64,000 bases of DNA. Source: an uncultured Verrucomicrobiae bacterium. GTDB taxonomy: Bacteria; Verrucomicrobiota; Verrucomicrobiia; Limisphaerales; Palsa-1400. Location of the stretch: the NCBI GenBank assembly GCA_963813995.1, contig CAWFAZ010000086.1, forward strand, positions 71,973-135,972, given 5' to 3'. The notes beneath the pieces were generated by a model. It was given only the letters and a program-made list of their open reading frames with translations, was not told the origin of the DNA and searched no databases. Positions 31,096-39,363 of this stretch are shown one piece after another. How positions within the stretch are numbered: position 1 is the stretch's first letter; each line of letters starts with the position of its first letter. The position numbers were made by a program, and so were the translations under genes.

Positions 31096-34000
31096 TCAAG
31101 CTGCGGCCTTTCCGTTGCTGTGAATCAGCGCAAAATGCAGGCTCAATCTGACGGTGGTTCCCTGGCCGGGACGGCTCTCGATGGTCACGTTCTCGCCTAT
31201 CGCCTGCGCCCGGCGGCGCATATTGCCCAACCCGTTGCCCCGGCTCTGTCCGTTGATGTCAAACCCCCTGCCATCGTCCTGCACCATGATTTCCAACGCG
31301 TTGCCCGCCGCCTTGGCGCGGATGAGGACCTCGCGCGCGGCGGCATGTTTGAGCGCGTTGGCCAGCGCTTCCTTGACGACCAAAAAAATATTATGCCGGA
31401 CTTCCGGCGGCAGCGGAAGCGCCGGCAAATCGTGCGGCAGGTCCAGCCGGCAACGTATCCCGCCGCCTTCGAATAATTCATTGGCAAAGTGGGCGATGTA
31501 TTCCACAAGGCTTTGCAGCGAATCGCTCCCGGGCCGGACCGCCCAGACAATCTCCTCCAAGGCCCGCACGGTTTGATCGGCGGACTGGGAAATCTTGACC
31601 GCGTGGCTTTCGACCTGGCTGGGATTGTCCCGGTCCGCCTTGAGCAGGCCGCTCAAAAGCGAAATGCGGGCCAGGGACGAACCCAAATCATCGTGCAAAT
31701 CGCGCGCGATGCGCTCCCGTTCATGCGCCAGGGCGCGCTCCTGCTCCAATTGTTCCAACCGGCGGTGCAGTTTGCGCTTTTCCATCACCCGCGAGGTTGC
31801 CGCGATGATGACCAGCAATCCCAGCGAGGCTGGCACCCGAAACCACCACGTCTGCCATAAGTGCGGCTGCACGGTTACCGAGACACTTGCGCCCGTCTTG
31901 CTCCAGCCCCCTTCCCCGTTTCCAGCGATGACCTGAAATCGGTATTTGCCGAACGGCACATAAGGAAAGGAGGCCGAGCGGCTCGAGCCGGCTTCCACCC
32001 AATCGGAATCCAGTCCTTCGAGCCGATACCGGAAGCGCACCCGTTCGGGAGCATCGAAATTAAGGCCCGTGTATCGAAACTCAAGCCGGTGCTTGCCGGG
32101 TCCAAGACGCAATGATTCCGCCGCATCCGGCACCCCGTCCACCAGCGTCTCCTCCAGCACCACCGCTGGCGCGGGAATCCCCGTCGTTTGGTGATGTGGA
32201 TCAGCCACCACAATCCCCTCCTGCGTGGGGAACCAGAGCAGCCCTGATTCTGTTCTGAGGCCAATCGGAAAAAATCCGCTGATGCATTCCTCCGACAACA
32301 TGCCCTCTGTGCGGCCATAGGCCTGCGGATACGCCGCCGCTATCTTTTGCGCCGCCAAATCCTCCAATTCATGCTTGCTCACACAAACAATGCCCCGGTC
32401 GCCTCCCAGCCAAAGATTGCCCGCGTCATCTTCGAGTATTTGCGATATCGTATTGTCGGGAAGCCCTTCGCGCGTTGTAAATGTCGCCACCTTCCCCTCT
32501 TTCAACCGGCTCAACCCGCCGCCGCCCGTTCCGATCCAAAGTGTGCCTTCCGCATCCGGGTACAGTGTGCGGACCCAATCGCTCAGCAATCCGTTCCGTT
32601 TCCTCCAATGCCCGTCCGCCCTGCCTTCAACACTGAACAATCCATCGCCGGCGGTTCCCACCCATGTGGAGCCATCCTGCTGCGGCACAATGGCTGTTAT
32701 CGCATGGACGTGCTGGCCGTTCTTTTGTGCCAGCCACTGCCCATTGTCCTGCCACCAAAGCTCCCCTTGTCGTGTCCCCACCCACAGCCTGCCCTGCGCA
32801 TCCTGTCCCAACGCACTCACGTCCAGGTTGGTCAACGCCGCCAACCCGGGTTCGATCTCAACATTGCGCGCGTCCTTGAATTGCAGCAACCCGCGCGCGC
32901 CGCCCATCCAGCAACTGCCGTCCCTGGCCATCAGCAGCGCTCCCGCCCGGCCATCCCCCGGCGACAAGCCTGCGGCGGGCAGCGGCCTGAAATAACGGCC
33001 ATCCCAAAGATAGAGGCCCTCGCTTGATTTGCTCGCCCAAATCATACCCGGCGTTACCTCCGCCAGGCCCTGCACTGCGCCGTTGCCCAGCCCCTCGTTA
33101 TAGCTGATCACGGACAGGTTTTTGGGCCGCAGCCGATTCAAGCCTCCGTGCGTGCCCACCCAAAGTTTTCCTTCCCGATCCACCAGCAGCGCCTCCACCA
33201 AATTGTCCGACAAACCGCTGCTCGCATTCACAGCCACCAGCTTCCCATGCTTGAACTGGAACAAACCCTCGCTCACCGACCCCGCCCAAACCGTGCCGTC
33301 GGCATCCTCCGCCAGCGCGCTGACGTAGTGCCTCGCCAGGTGACGGGGAAACCGGTAGCGCCGCCACTGCTCCCCCTCGCGATACAGCACCGAGTCATCA
33401 CCCGCGCCGACCCAGATGCGCCCTTCATAATCCACCAGCAGGCAATGCGGATCCTCCAGCAAATTATCGAAGACCGGGTCATGCACCTTCAATAGTTCCC
33501 CGCCCCGCAGACTGAACACCCCGGCGCCCTTCGCCCCGATCCACATCGCGCCGGTGCGCTTGCTGAACAGCGACGTGATCGGTTTTCCGGCCAGTTCAGC
33601 CGGGGCGCTGGAAGTATCCAGATGCCCATTCCGCCATGCCGCCAACCCCGCTTCCGTGCCGACCCAAAGCCTCCCTTCGCTGTCCTCCGCCAGCGCATTC
33701 ACTGAATCCGACGGCAGTCCGTCCTGGGTGGTAAACGCCGTAAACCGCCCGTTCTGCCATCGTCCCAACCCCCGGCCCACGCTCCCGATCCACAGCGCCC
33801 CCTGCCCATCCCCCAACAGCGTCTGCACCGGCCCGGCTTGAAACCCTTCCGGCAAACCGAACGACACAAACCTCACCCCGTCAAACCGGCTCACCCCGGC
33901 ATCGCTCCCCACCCAAAGGTAACCATCCCTGGTCTGCGCCAGCGCCCGCACGAAATTCTGCGGCAACCCCTGCTCCCGTTGCCACACCCGGAACGTGAAT

Positions 34001-34773
34001 GGCAACTGCCCGCGCCCGATGGTCAGGCCCGCGTTGCCCGATTTTATTCCGCTCTCGTCCACCACGAAATCGCTGAACGACGTTGCAATCGCCATCTCGC
34101 TGAACGTCCAGCCATCCCCGCCCCCGCCGTGGCGCAGGCGGATTTGGTTGAACGACGCGTTCGCGGCGAACTTCGTCGTCAGGCTTTCCATCTGGTTGGC
34201 CTCCGTCGCGCCCGGCCCAAGATCCGGATCCAGCCACACCGTCACCAAATCCTTGCCCCCCGCCACATATTGCGCTTTAAAAACAATCGTCCGCTCAATC
34301 CCCTTGCGCGGCAGCTCATACAACTGCCCGGCCGCCGGCTTCGACGAATTCAAGTCAATGCCGTAATCCGTGGTTGCATTGTTCGTCCTGCCGGTTTCGA
34401 AAACATTGAAATTGGTTTTGCCGACCTCAAAAACATTAAACGCGCCGTAGGCCCAGGCCTGGAGCGCATTGCCCACCCCCAGCCGTTCCGTGTCCCCTTC
34501 GTACAGCTCGAACGCGGCAAAATAAGGCTCCGTGCCCGCATCCGATATCGGGTTCACATGAAACTTGAAATACAGCCTGTCCGTCGCCGCATCATCCCGT
34601 TTCACCGCCCCTCCCAGAATATCCGAGCCTGGCCCCGTCTCATGCGCCAGCGTCGCGCCCAAATCGCTCCAGATGATATCCGCCCGGCAGGAGGCCGATG
34701 CCAGGAACATCCATCCCGCCGCCACCCACACCCGCGCAGCGGGGCGGAGCGAAAAAACGGCCAGCGTGATCAT
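31096..34773 (-). CDS. Sensor histidine kinase: N-terminal unknown domain + beta-propeller (Reg_prop) repeats + Y_Y_Y + TM + HisKA_3 + HATPase_c
   Basis: The propeller repeats include DGYLWVGSDAGVSRFDG and similar units. The Y_Y_Y block is RLEFRYTGLNFDAPERVRFRYRLEGLDSDWVEAG. The TM segment is WWFRVPASLGLLVIIAATS. The HisKA_3 block is ERERIARDLHDDLGSSLARI, and the ATPase block is GRGFDI...GNGLGNMRRRA. The start is ATG 34773, with TTG 34821 also possible. Confidence 0.85.
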   Translation of the reverse strand: MITLAVFSLRPAARVWVAAGWMFLASASCRADIIWSDLGATLAHETGPGSDILGGAVKRDDAATDRLYFKFHVNPISDAGTEPYFAAFELYEGDTERLGVGNALQAWAYGAFNVFEVGKTNFNVFETGRTNNATTDYGIDLNSSKPAAGQLYELPRKGIERTIVFKAQYVAGGKDLVTVWLDPDLGPGATEANQMESLTTKFAANASFNQIRLRHGGGGDGWTFSEMAIATSFSDFVVDESGIKSGNAGLTIGRGQLPFTFRVWQREQGLPQNFVRALAQTRDGYLWVGSDAGVSRFDGVRFVSFGLPEGFQAGPVQTLLGDGQGALWIGSVGRGLGRWQNGRFTAFTTQDGLPSDSVNALAEDSEGRLWVGTEAGLAAWRNGHLDTSSAPAELAGKPITSLFSKRTGAMWIGAKGAGVFSLRGGELLKVHDPVFDNLLEDPHCLLVDYEGRIWVGAGDDSVLYREGEQWRRYRFPRHLARHYVSALAEDADGTVWAGSVSEGLFQFKHGKLVAVNASSGLSDNLVEALLVDREGKLWVGTHGGLNRLRPKNLSVISYNEGLGNGAVQGLAEVTPGMIWASKSSEGLYLWDGRYFRPLPAAGLSPGDGRAGALLMARDGSCWMGGARGLLQFKDARNVEIEPGLAALTNLDVSALGQDAQGRLWVGTRQGELWWQDNGQWLAQKNGQHVHAITAIVPQQDGSTWVGTAGDGLFSVEGRADGHWRKRNGLLSDWVRTLYPDAEGTLWIGTGGGGLSRLKEGKVATFTTREGLPDNTISQILEDDAGNLWLGGDRGIVCVSKHELEDLAAQKIAAAYPQAYGRTEGMLSEECISGFFPIGLRTESGLLWFPTQEGIVVADPHHQTTGIPAPAVVLEETLVDGVPDAAESLRLGPGKHRLEFRYTGLNFDAPERVRFRYRLEGLDSDWVEAGSSRSASFPYVPFGKYRFQVIAGNGEGGWSKTGASVSVTVQPHLWQTWWFRVPASLGLLVIIAATSRVMEKRKLHRRLEQLEQERALAHERERIARDLHDDLGSSLARISLLSGLLKADRDNPSQVESHAVKISQSADQTVRALEEIVWAVRPGSDSLQSLVEYIAHFANELFEGGGIRCRLDLPHDLPALPLPPEVRHNIFLVVKEALANALKHAAAREVLIRAKAAGNALEIMVQDDGRGFDINGQSRGNGLGNMRRRAQAIGENVTIESRPGQGTTVRLSLHFALIHSNGKAAA

Positions 34774-34865
34774 GCGCCAAATATGCGTCAACCCGCGCCG
34801 CAAGACAAGCGCCGACCTCAATTCTCCGGTGGGAACAAATTGGGGGGTTCTGGAGTGACGATGAG

Positions 34866-37433
34866 CTACGCCACCCGCTCGAACTCCTTAAGTCGCACTT
34901 GCGATTGCAGATAACCAATCAACGCCTCCCGCTCCTGGGGGCTGAGCTGCGACAGTGAGCCGAAGAGGCTTGCGTCACGAGCGCGCAGTTCAGCGAACCT
35001 GCCTTCCTCCAGCAGCATCCGGCTTTGCTCATCCAGCAGGAAAGCCACGAACACCATGCGCAATTCCCGGTTGTGAGTGGCGCTGGTTTCTTGCGTGGTG
35101 ATGAAACGTTCAAACGCTTCATCCGCAAGCTCGCCGCGCGTCGGGATGTTCGGAGCTAAACCGAACACTCGGGCGAGTATTTCCCGCAAACTCGGCAAGC
35201 GATCCGTTTTGTAAACCTCCTGAAGCTTTGGCAGATTCCAGAATTCTTGAGGCTTCTCGAACAGCAGGCGGCGGATGCGTGTCTCGACCGCGGGCCAGTC
35301 CTCCGCGTCGTACGCTTGCCGCAGAAGAGCGTCACTGGCGACAGCCTCGCTGGCCTGGTGTGCAAAACGCTCGCGATACATTTCGCGGTCAATCCGCATT
35401 CCGAAAAGTCCAACCTCATCACGGATGACAGTGGCCATCGGGTCAGGCGATGTGTTGGTGAAATCCTCAATGCGAATACCTCCCCCGCCGCCATCACCTC
35501 CGCTGCCTTCTTCGGGCGGCCCTTTCGGCAACGACAGCTTCCGGTCGTAATCAAATTCCCCCTCGAAGAACTCGAAGTTGGCGAAGAAGTCGAAGAGGGC
35601 GAAGCTGTCCTTCCTGGCAGTCCTTTGACTTGCGCCCTCGCCATGTTGGAACGTGAACAGCCGCGTCCCACGGCCTTTGATCTGGATGAAATCGGTGGGC
35701 GAAAAAATCGGTCGCGCCAGCGCCACATTTAGCACGTCTTCGCAATCGTAGCCGGTGGTCATCATCCCCACCGTTACGCAAACGCGGGTTCGGCTCGTGT
35801 CGTAATCGCGAAACTCTTCCCCCCGCCACTTCGATTTGCCATTAAGGTTGTTGTTTGCAAAATCAATCGTCATCTGCTGCGCTCCGGCTATCTCTGACGT
35901 GACTTGCACCGCAAACGTCGAACCGGCGGCGTATTCTTTCGGCCAGCGGCGCGTCGCTTCCTCGTTGAGCAATGTCACCAGCTTGGTCGCGTGCTTGCGA
36001 CTGACGGCAAACATGATGGCCTTGCCGGTTTCGCCGGTAACTGGATCGCACTTGGCGTTGTCCAGGAAACAGCGGACAAAGCTCAGGTTGGTTTCATCCG
36101 AGAAAAATCTCCGCTCGTAATCGCGCTTGCCGAAAACAAGTTCGGTCTCCTGGCTCTCCTCGTTGGCCGGCACAGTGACTGCGTAACCTTCGTCGGAAAG
36201 CATTTGCGTGGTGATGTCCGTGCGCGCATCGAGCGTGACGGGATTACAGAGGTAGGGCGGCACATGCTGAACGGCGTTGGGCAGGGTGTAACGGAACGTT
36301 GGCTTGCCGTCATCGCTGCCGAAAGTCCGGTACGTGTCGAGGAGCAGCCGCCGCTCGTATTCGCGTGGATCGTTTTGCCGCGCCTTGTCATCCAAACCCT
36401 TGAGGTAATCCCTGGGTGTCGCGGTGAGGCCGAGTTTTGCGCCGATGAAATACTCAAAGATGGCCCGGTTGTTTCCGCTGATGGTGCGATGCGCCTCGTC
36501 GCTGATAATGAGTTGGAAATCCGTCGGGGCAAACTCATGCAGGAAGCGGTTGCGGGCCGCAAGGCTTTGAATCGTCGTCACCATCACTTGCGCCTGCTTC
36601 CACTCCTCCCGCCGCTGTTTGTAGATGACCGTCTGAATGCCGTCGTTGGCGAGGTAGGCGTTGAAATTCTTCCACGCCTGAGTCTCCAGCTCCAATCGGT
36701 CCACGAGAAACAAAATGCGCGTGGCATTTTCGGTGCGGAGGTACAGCTTGGCGATGGCCGCGCTCAAGAGCGTCTTGCCCGTTCCGGTCGCCATTTCGAA
36801 AAGAAATCGGTGGTTTTGCGGTGTCGCCGCCTTTTGCAGCGCGCGAATGCCTTCAAGCTGGTAATCGCGCAGGAGGCGGATTTTCTTGTTCCCCATCACC
36901 GCCGCGCGATCGGCTGGGGAATACGAAAGCCACGCGGCATCCTGCGAAACGGCAATGTAATTCTCATCCACCGGGACGGCGGCGAGCCGGGTGGAATCGG
37001 GCCGCCACTCTGCCGCCTTCCCCAAGTCTGCTAGCGGCAGGAAACGCGATACCTTGACCGGATTGCCCTGCCGCAGATTCCAGTAGTAATGCACCAGCCC
37101 ATTGCTGAGGAAAATGTGGCTGGCCCCGAGGCTCTCCGCGTAACTGCGCGCCTGCTCCTTGCCGGTGAGCGGGTCAATGCTCTCGCGCTTGGCTTCCGTA
37201 ACTGCCACCGGCCGTTGGTCGGTGTTCAGCAGCACGTAATCCACGAAACCCTGCGGCGCGTGCTCGAAATCATTGCCCAAGTCCTGGCTGGGGGAAAACA
37301 CCCGCCGCGTGACACGGTGCTCGCAGATGATGTTCTCGCGCCGCCCCTGCGCATCAGGCAGGAAACGCCAGCCTGCTTCCTCCAGTAGCTTGTTGATGGT
37401 GATGCGCGCTTGGGCTTCGGATGATCGAATCAT
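34866..37433 (-). CDS. hsdR: Type I restriction enzyme R-subunit-like protein (PD-(D/E)xK nuclease + SF2 helicase + EcoEI_R_C-like tail)
   Basis: The N-terminus is SEAQARITINKLLEEAGWRF...GFVDYVLLNTDQRPVAVTEAKRE (D...E-x-K nuclease pattern). Helicase motif I is EMATGTGKT, motif II is IISDEAHR and motif VI is QIKGRGTR. The ATG at 37431-37433 follows the upstream gene's stop (TGA 37435-37437) by 1 nt. Confidence 0.85.
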   Translation of the reverse strand: MIRSSEAQARITINKLLEEAGWRFLPDAQGRRENIICEHRVTRRVFSPSQDLGNDFEHAPQGFVDYVLLNTDQRPVAVTEAKRESIDPLTGKEQARSYAESLGASHIFLSNGLVHYYWNLRQGNPVKVSRFLPLADLGKAAEWRPDSTRLAAVPVDENYIAVSQDAAWLSYSPADRAAVMGNKKIRLLRDYQLEGIRALQKAATPQNHRFLFEMATGTGKTLLSAAIAKLYLRTENATRILFLVDRLELETQAWKNFNAYLANDGIQTVIYKQRREEWKQAQVMVTTIQSLAARNRFLHEFAPTDFQLIISDEAHRTISGNNRAIFEYFIGAKLGLTATPRDYLKGLDDKARQNDPREYERRLLLDTYRTFGSDDGKPTFRYTLPNAVQHVPPYLCNPVTLDARTDITTQMLSDEGYAVTVPANEESQETELVFGKRDYERRFFSDETNLSFVRCFLDNAKCDPVTGETGKAIMFAVSRKHATKLVTLLNEEATRRWPKEYAAGSTFAVQVTSEIAGAQQMTIDFANNNLNGKSKWRGEEFRDYDTSRTRVCVTVGMMTTGYDCEDVLNVALARPIFSPTDFIQIKGRGTRLFTFQHGEGASQRTARKDSFALFDFFANFEFFEGEFDYDRKLSLPKGPPEEGSGGDGGGGGIRIEDFTNTSPDPMATVIRDEVGLFGMRIDREMYRERFAHQASEAVASDALLRQAYDAEDWPAVETRIRRLLFEKPQEFWNLPKLQEVYKTDRLPSLREILARVFGLAPNIPTRGELADEAFERFITTQETSATHNRELRMVFVAFLLDEQSRMLLEEGRFAELRARDASLFGSLSQLSPQEREALIGYLQSQVRLKEFERVA

Positions 37434-37434
37434 A

Positions 37435-38259
37435 TCAAGCCACCCCCAATTCAAGTTGGTGTTGATGCGGCGGCGCGAACACCCCAACGATTATCCACGG
37501 ATTCGGCGCGAAGCCATGAAATTGCTGCGTCGTGCCAAGGAAGAAATGCAAATCGCGTTTGCCGAACTCATCCAGATACTTGGCTTTTACTTTTTCCAGC
37601 GCCACCGACTCCTCGCCATATCGCCGGAAGCAATTCCAATAAAGCTGGCCGCACTCCCAATCCAAAACTTGCATGGTGCTTTTCCGGCCGGCTACATCCT
37701 CAATTTGATACGAGAAGGCGTATGGCAGCTTGGGAATGACTTTGAACGCCTGCCGCCAGGACTCCTCGGCAAAGAGTTCAGTTTGCCGGTTCATATTCCG
37801 CATTTGTGCCAGCTTGTTTTCATCCCACTCGCGGTCGTCATCTTCCCAAATGAAACCACGAATCTTAGCCGGCTTGAAAACCGCCAAAGACAGCCGGTTT
37901 TCCTTCGCGCCGACGAAGAGCGGCTCAAGCTGTTCGTAAACCGTGGCCCGCTTCAACAGCAATTCACGCCGTTCCCGCCAGTTGTCTTCCGTTCCCATGT
38001 GGCCGCTTGGGAGCAGCTTGGTGGGGTCGGCGGGGTGGTGCGTTTCCGGGCGGATGTCCGAACGGCTTCGGATGAAATCAGCTTCGATCCAATCGAACTT
38101 CTTATATTGCTCCTGCTCCTCCAAGCGTCGGAACGGCACGGGATAAATCCGCATCCACGACCCATCGGCGCGCACGCCGGCTGTGCAAACGGTCTCGCCG
38201 TATTTTCGCGACAGCGTCGGGTAGGTCTTGACCGTGATTAGCACGCGCTCCTTGGGCAT
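37435..38259 (-). CDS. Hypothetical protein, no recognisable family (passenger gene 2 in the R-M operon)
   Basis: 274 codons starting at MPKERVLITVKTYPTLSRKYGETVCTAGVRADGSWMRIYPVPF. It lies 11 nt after the DUF488 gene's stop, and its own stop lies 1 nt before the hsdR start. It has a sensible amino-acid composition and the same strand and spacing as the rest of the operon. Confidence 0.6.
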   Translation of the reverse strand: MPKERVLITVKTYPTLSRKYGETVCTAGVRADGSWMRIYPVPFRRLEEQEQYKKFDWIEADFIRSRSDIRPETHHPADPTKLLPSGHMGTEDNWRERRELLLKRATVYEQLEPLFVGAKENRLSLAVFKPAKIRGFIWEDDDREWDENKLAQMRNMNRQTELFAEESWRQAFKVIPKLPYAFSYQIEDVAGRKSTMQVLDWECGQLYWNCFRRYGEESVALEKVKAKYLDEFGKRDLHFFLGTTQQFHGFAPNPWIIVGVFAPPHQHQLELGVA

Positions 38260-38270
38260 AACCCTTGTCC

Positions 38271-39164
38271 CTACAAATGCACCACCGCCGAATCCTTTCC
38301 CGCGCCCTGCGCCAGCGCTTCCGCCACACAATGCCGGTGGCATTGCTGCGGCAATAATTCAAAACACGTCAACGCCACCCGATCGCCTTCCCCGATCCAG
38401 CCGCGGATTTTCGCCAGCGCTTCGCTCTGCTTGGGCAGGCTCTTGCGCTCATACTCGACAAACAACGCATCGTAATCCGCCTGTGTCTTCAGGTCGCGGC
38501 GCTCCCCCGAATCAATGCCCAGCTCCGGCAAATGCTCGTAACGAATCCCCACGCCTTCGCACACCTTGCTCAGCGTGCTTTTGGAAAATCCATACTTGCG
38601 GCTCAATGGATTCCGGCGCACGTCACACAACAGCGTCACGGAATTCTTGAGCAGCAGATTCAAATACGCCTCCAGACTCCGGCCTTCATAGCCGATCGTC
38701 ACCAGTCCGGGCTGACCTTTTTCCGGATGCGCCTCAATCACGCGCTGGCGCGACCCGGCATCCGGCAACACTTTTTCCACGATCTCACTGCGCGTCGCGT
38801 AGTAGGGGAACTTCCGGTATTGCTCGGCAATGAGCGCATTCCCCCGGAGCCTGGCATGGTCGCGGCAAAACCGCGCCACCATCAGCGGCATCACCGCCTC
38901 CTTGCGGGCTGTCTGGCGTCCTGCCTCCGTGAGTTGCCACTGGTTTTCGTCCGCCGTCAGGAGGCCGGCCACCGCCAGCCGCCGCTTGTCCGCGTAGGAC
39001 GTGAACGAAAACGCCCCAAACTTGTAGGGCACGAATTCGTAGGTGGGGGATTCCTCGCATTGCTGCGTGTAAAGAAACAGCAGCTTCTGGAAATCAGTGT
39101 TCGCCACCGGCCCGCCAAGGGCGTCCAGCATCGTTAATAGCAGGCGTTGGCGTTCAAATAACAT
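38271..39164 (-). CDS. DUF488-domain protein with an extra N-terminal domain of about 125 aa (passenger gene 1 in the R-M operon)
   Basis: The C-terminal half VTIGYEGRSLEAYLNLLLKNSVTLLCDVRRNPLSRKYGFSKSTL...ALTCFELLPQQCHRHCVAEAL matches my recollection of DUF488. The N-terminal part FQKLLFLYTQ...YEFVPYKFGAFSFTSYADKRRL is an additional domain. Confidence 0.7.
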   Translation of the reverse strand: MLFERQRLLLTMLDALGGPVANTDFQKLLFLYTQQCEESPTYEFVPYKFGAFSFTSYADKRRLAVAGLLTADENQWQLTEAGRQTARKEAVMPLMVARFCRDHARLRGNALIAEQYRKFPYYATRSEIVEKVLPDAGSRQRVIEAHPEKGQPGLVTIGYEGRSLEAYLNLLLKNSVTLLCDVRRNPLSRKYGFSKSTLSKVCEGVGIRYEHLPELGIDSGERRDLKTQADYDALFVEYERKSLPKQSEALAKIRGWIGEGDRVALTCFELLPQQCHRHCVAEALAQGAGKDSAVVHL

Positions 39165-39204
39165 TTCAGCGCAAGTTAACCCAAAACCGTGACAAGTAAA
39201 AGCT

Positions 39205-39363
39205 CTAATTCATTCCCCGGCCCCCGCACCATTCCCCCCGGTCGAGGACGCATTGGATTTTGGCCTCGAAGCGGGGGATCAGCGACCGCACCGCCCCCAT
39301 CTGTGCCGCCTCCGCGTCCAGTTCGGCCAGAAGAAACCTTAGCTCAGTATCCAACAATTTCAT
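39205..39363 (-). CDS. Possible 52-aa ORF translationally coupled to the methylase gene
   Basis: It falls below the 60-aa ORF-track cutoff. The minus strand reads ATGAAATTG...: the ATG (39361-39363) overlaps the methylase TGA (39360-39362) as ATGA, and GGAGGA lies 9 nt upstream. The product is MKLLDTELRFLLAELDAEAAQMGAVRSLIPRFEAKIQCVLDRGEWCGGRGMN, and the stop is TAG at 39205-39207. Confidence 0.3.
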   Translation of the reverse strand: MKLLDTELRFLLAELDAEAAQMGAVRSLIPRFEAKIQCVLDRGEWCGGRGMN

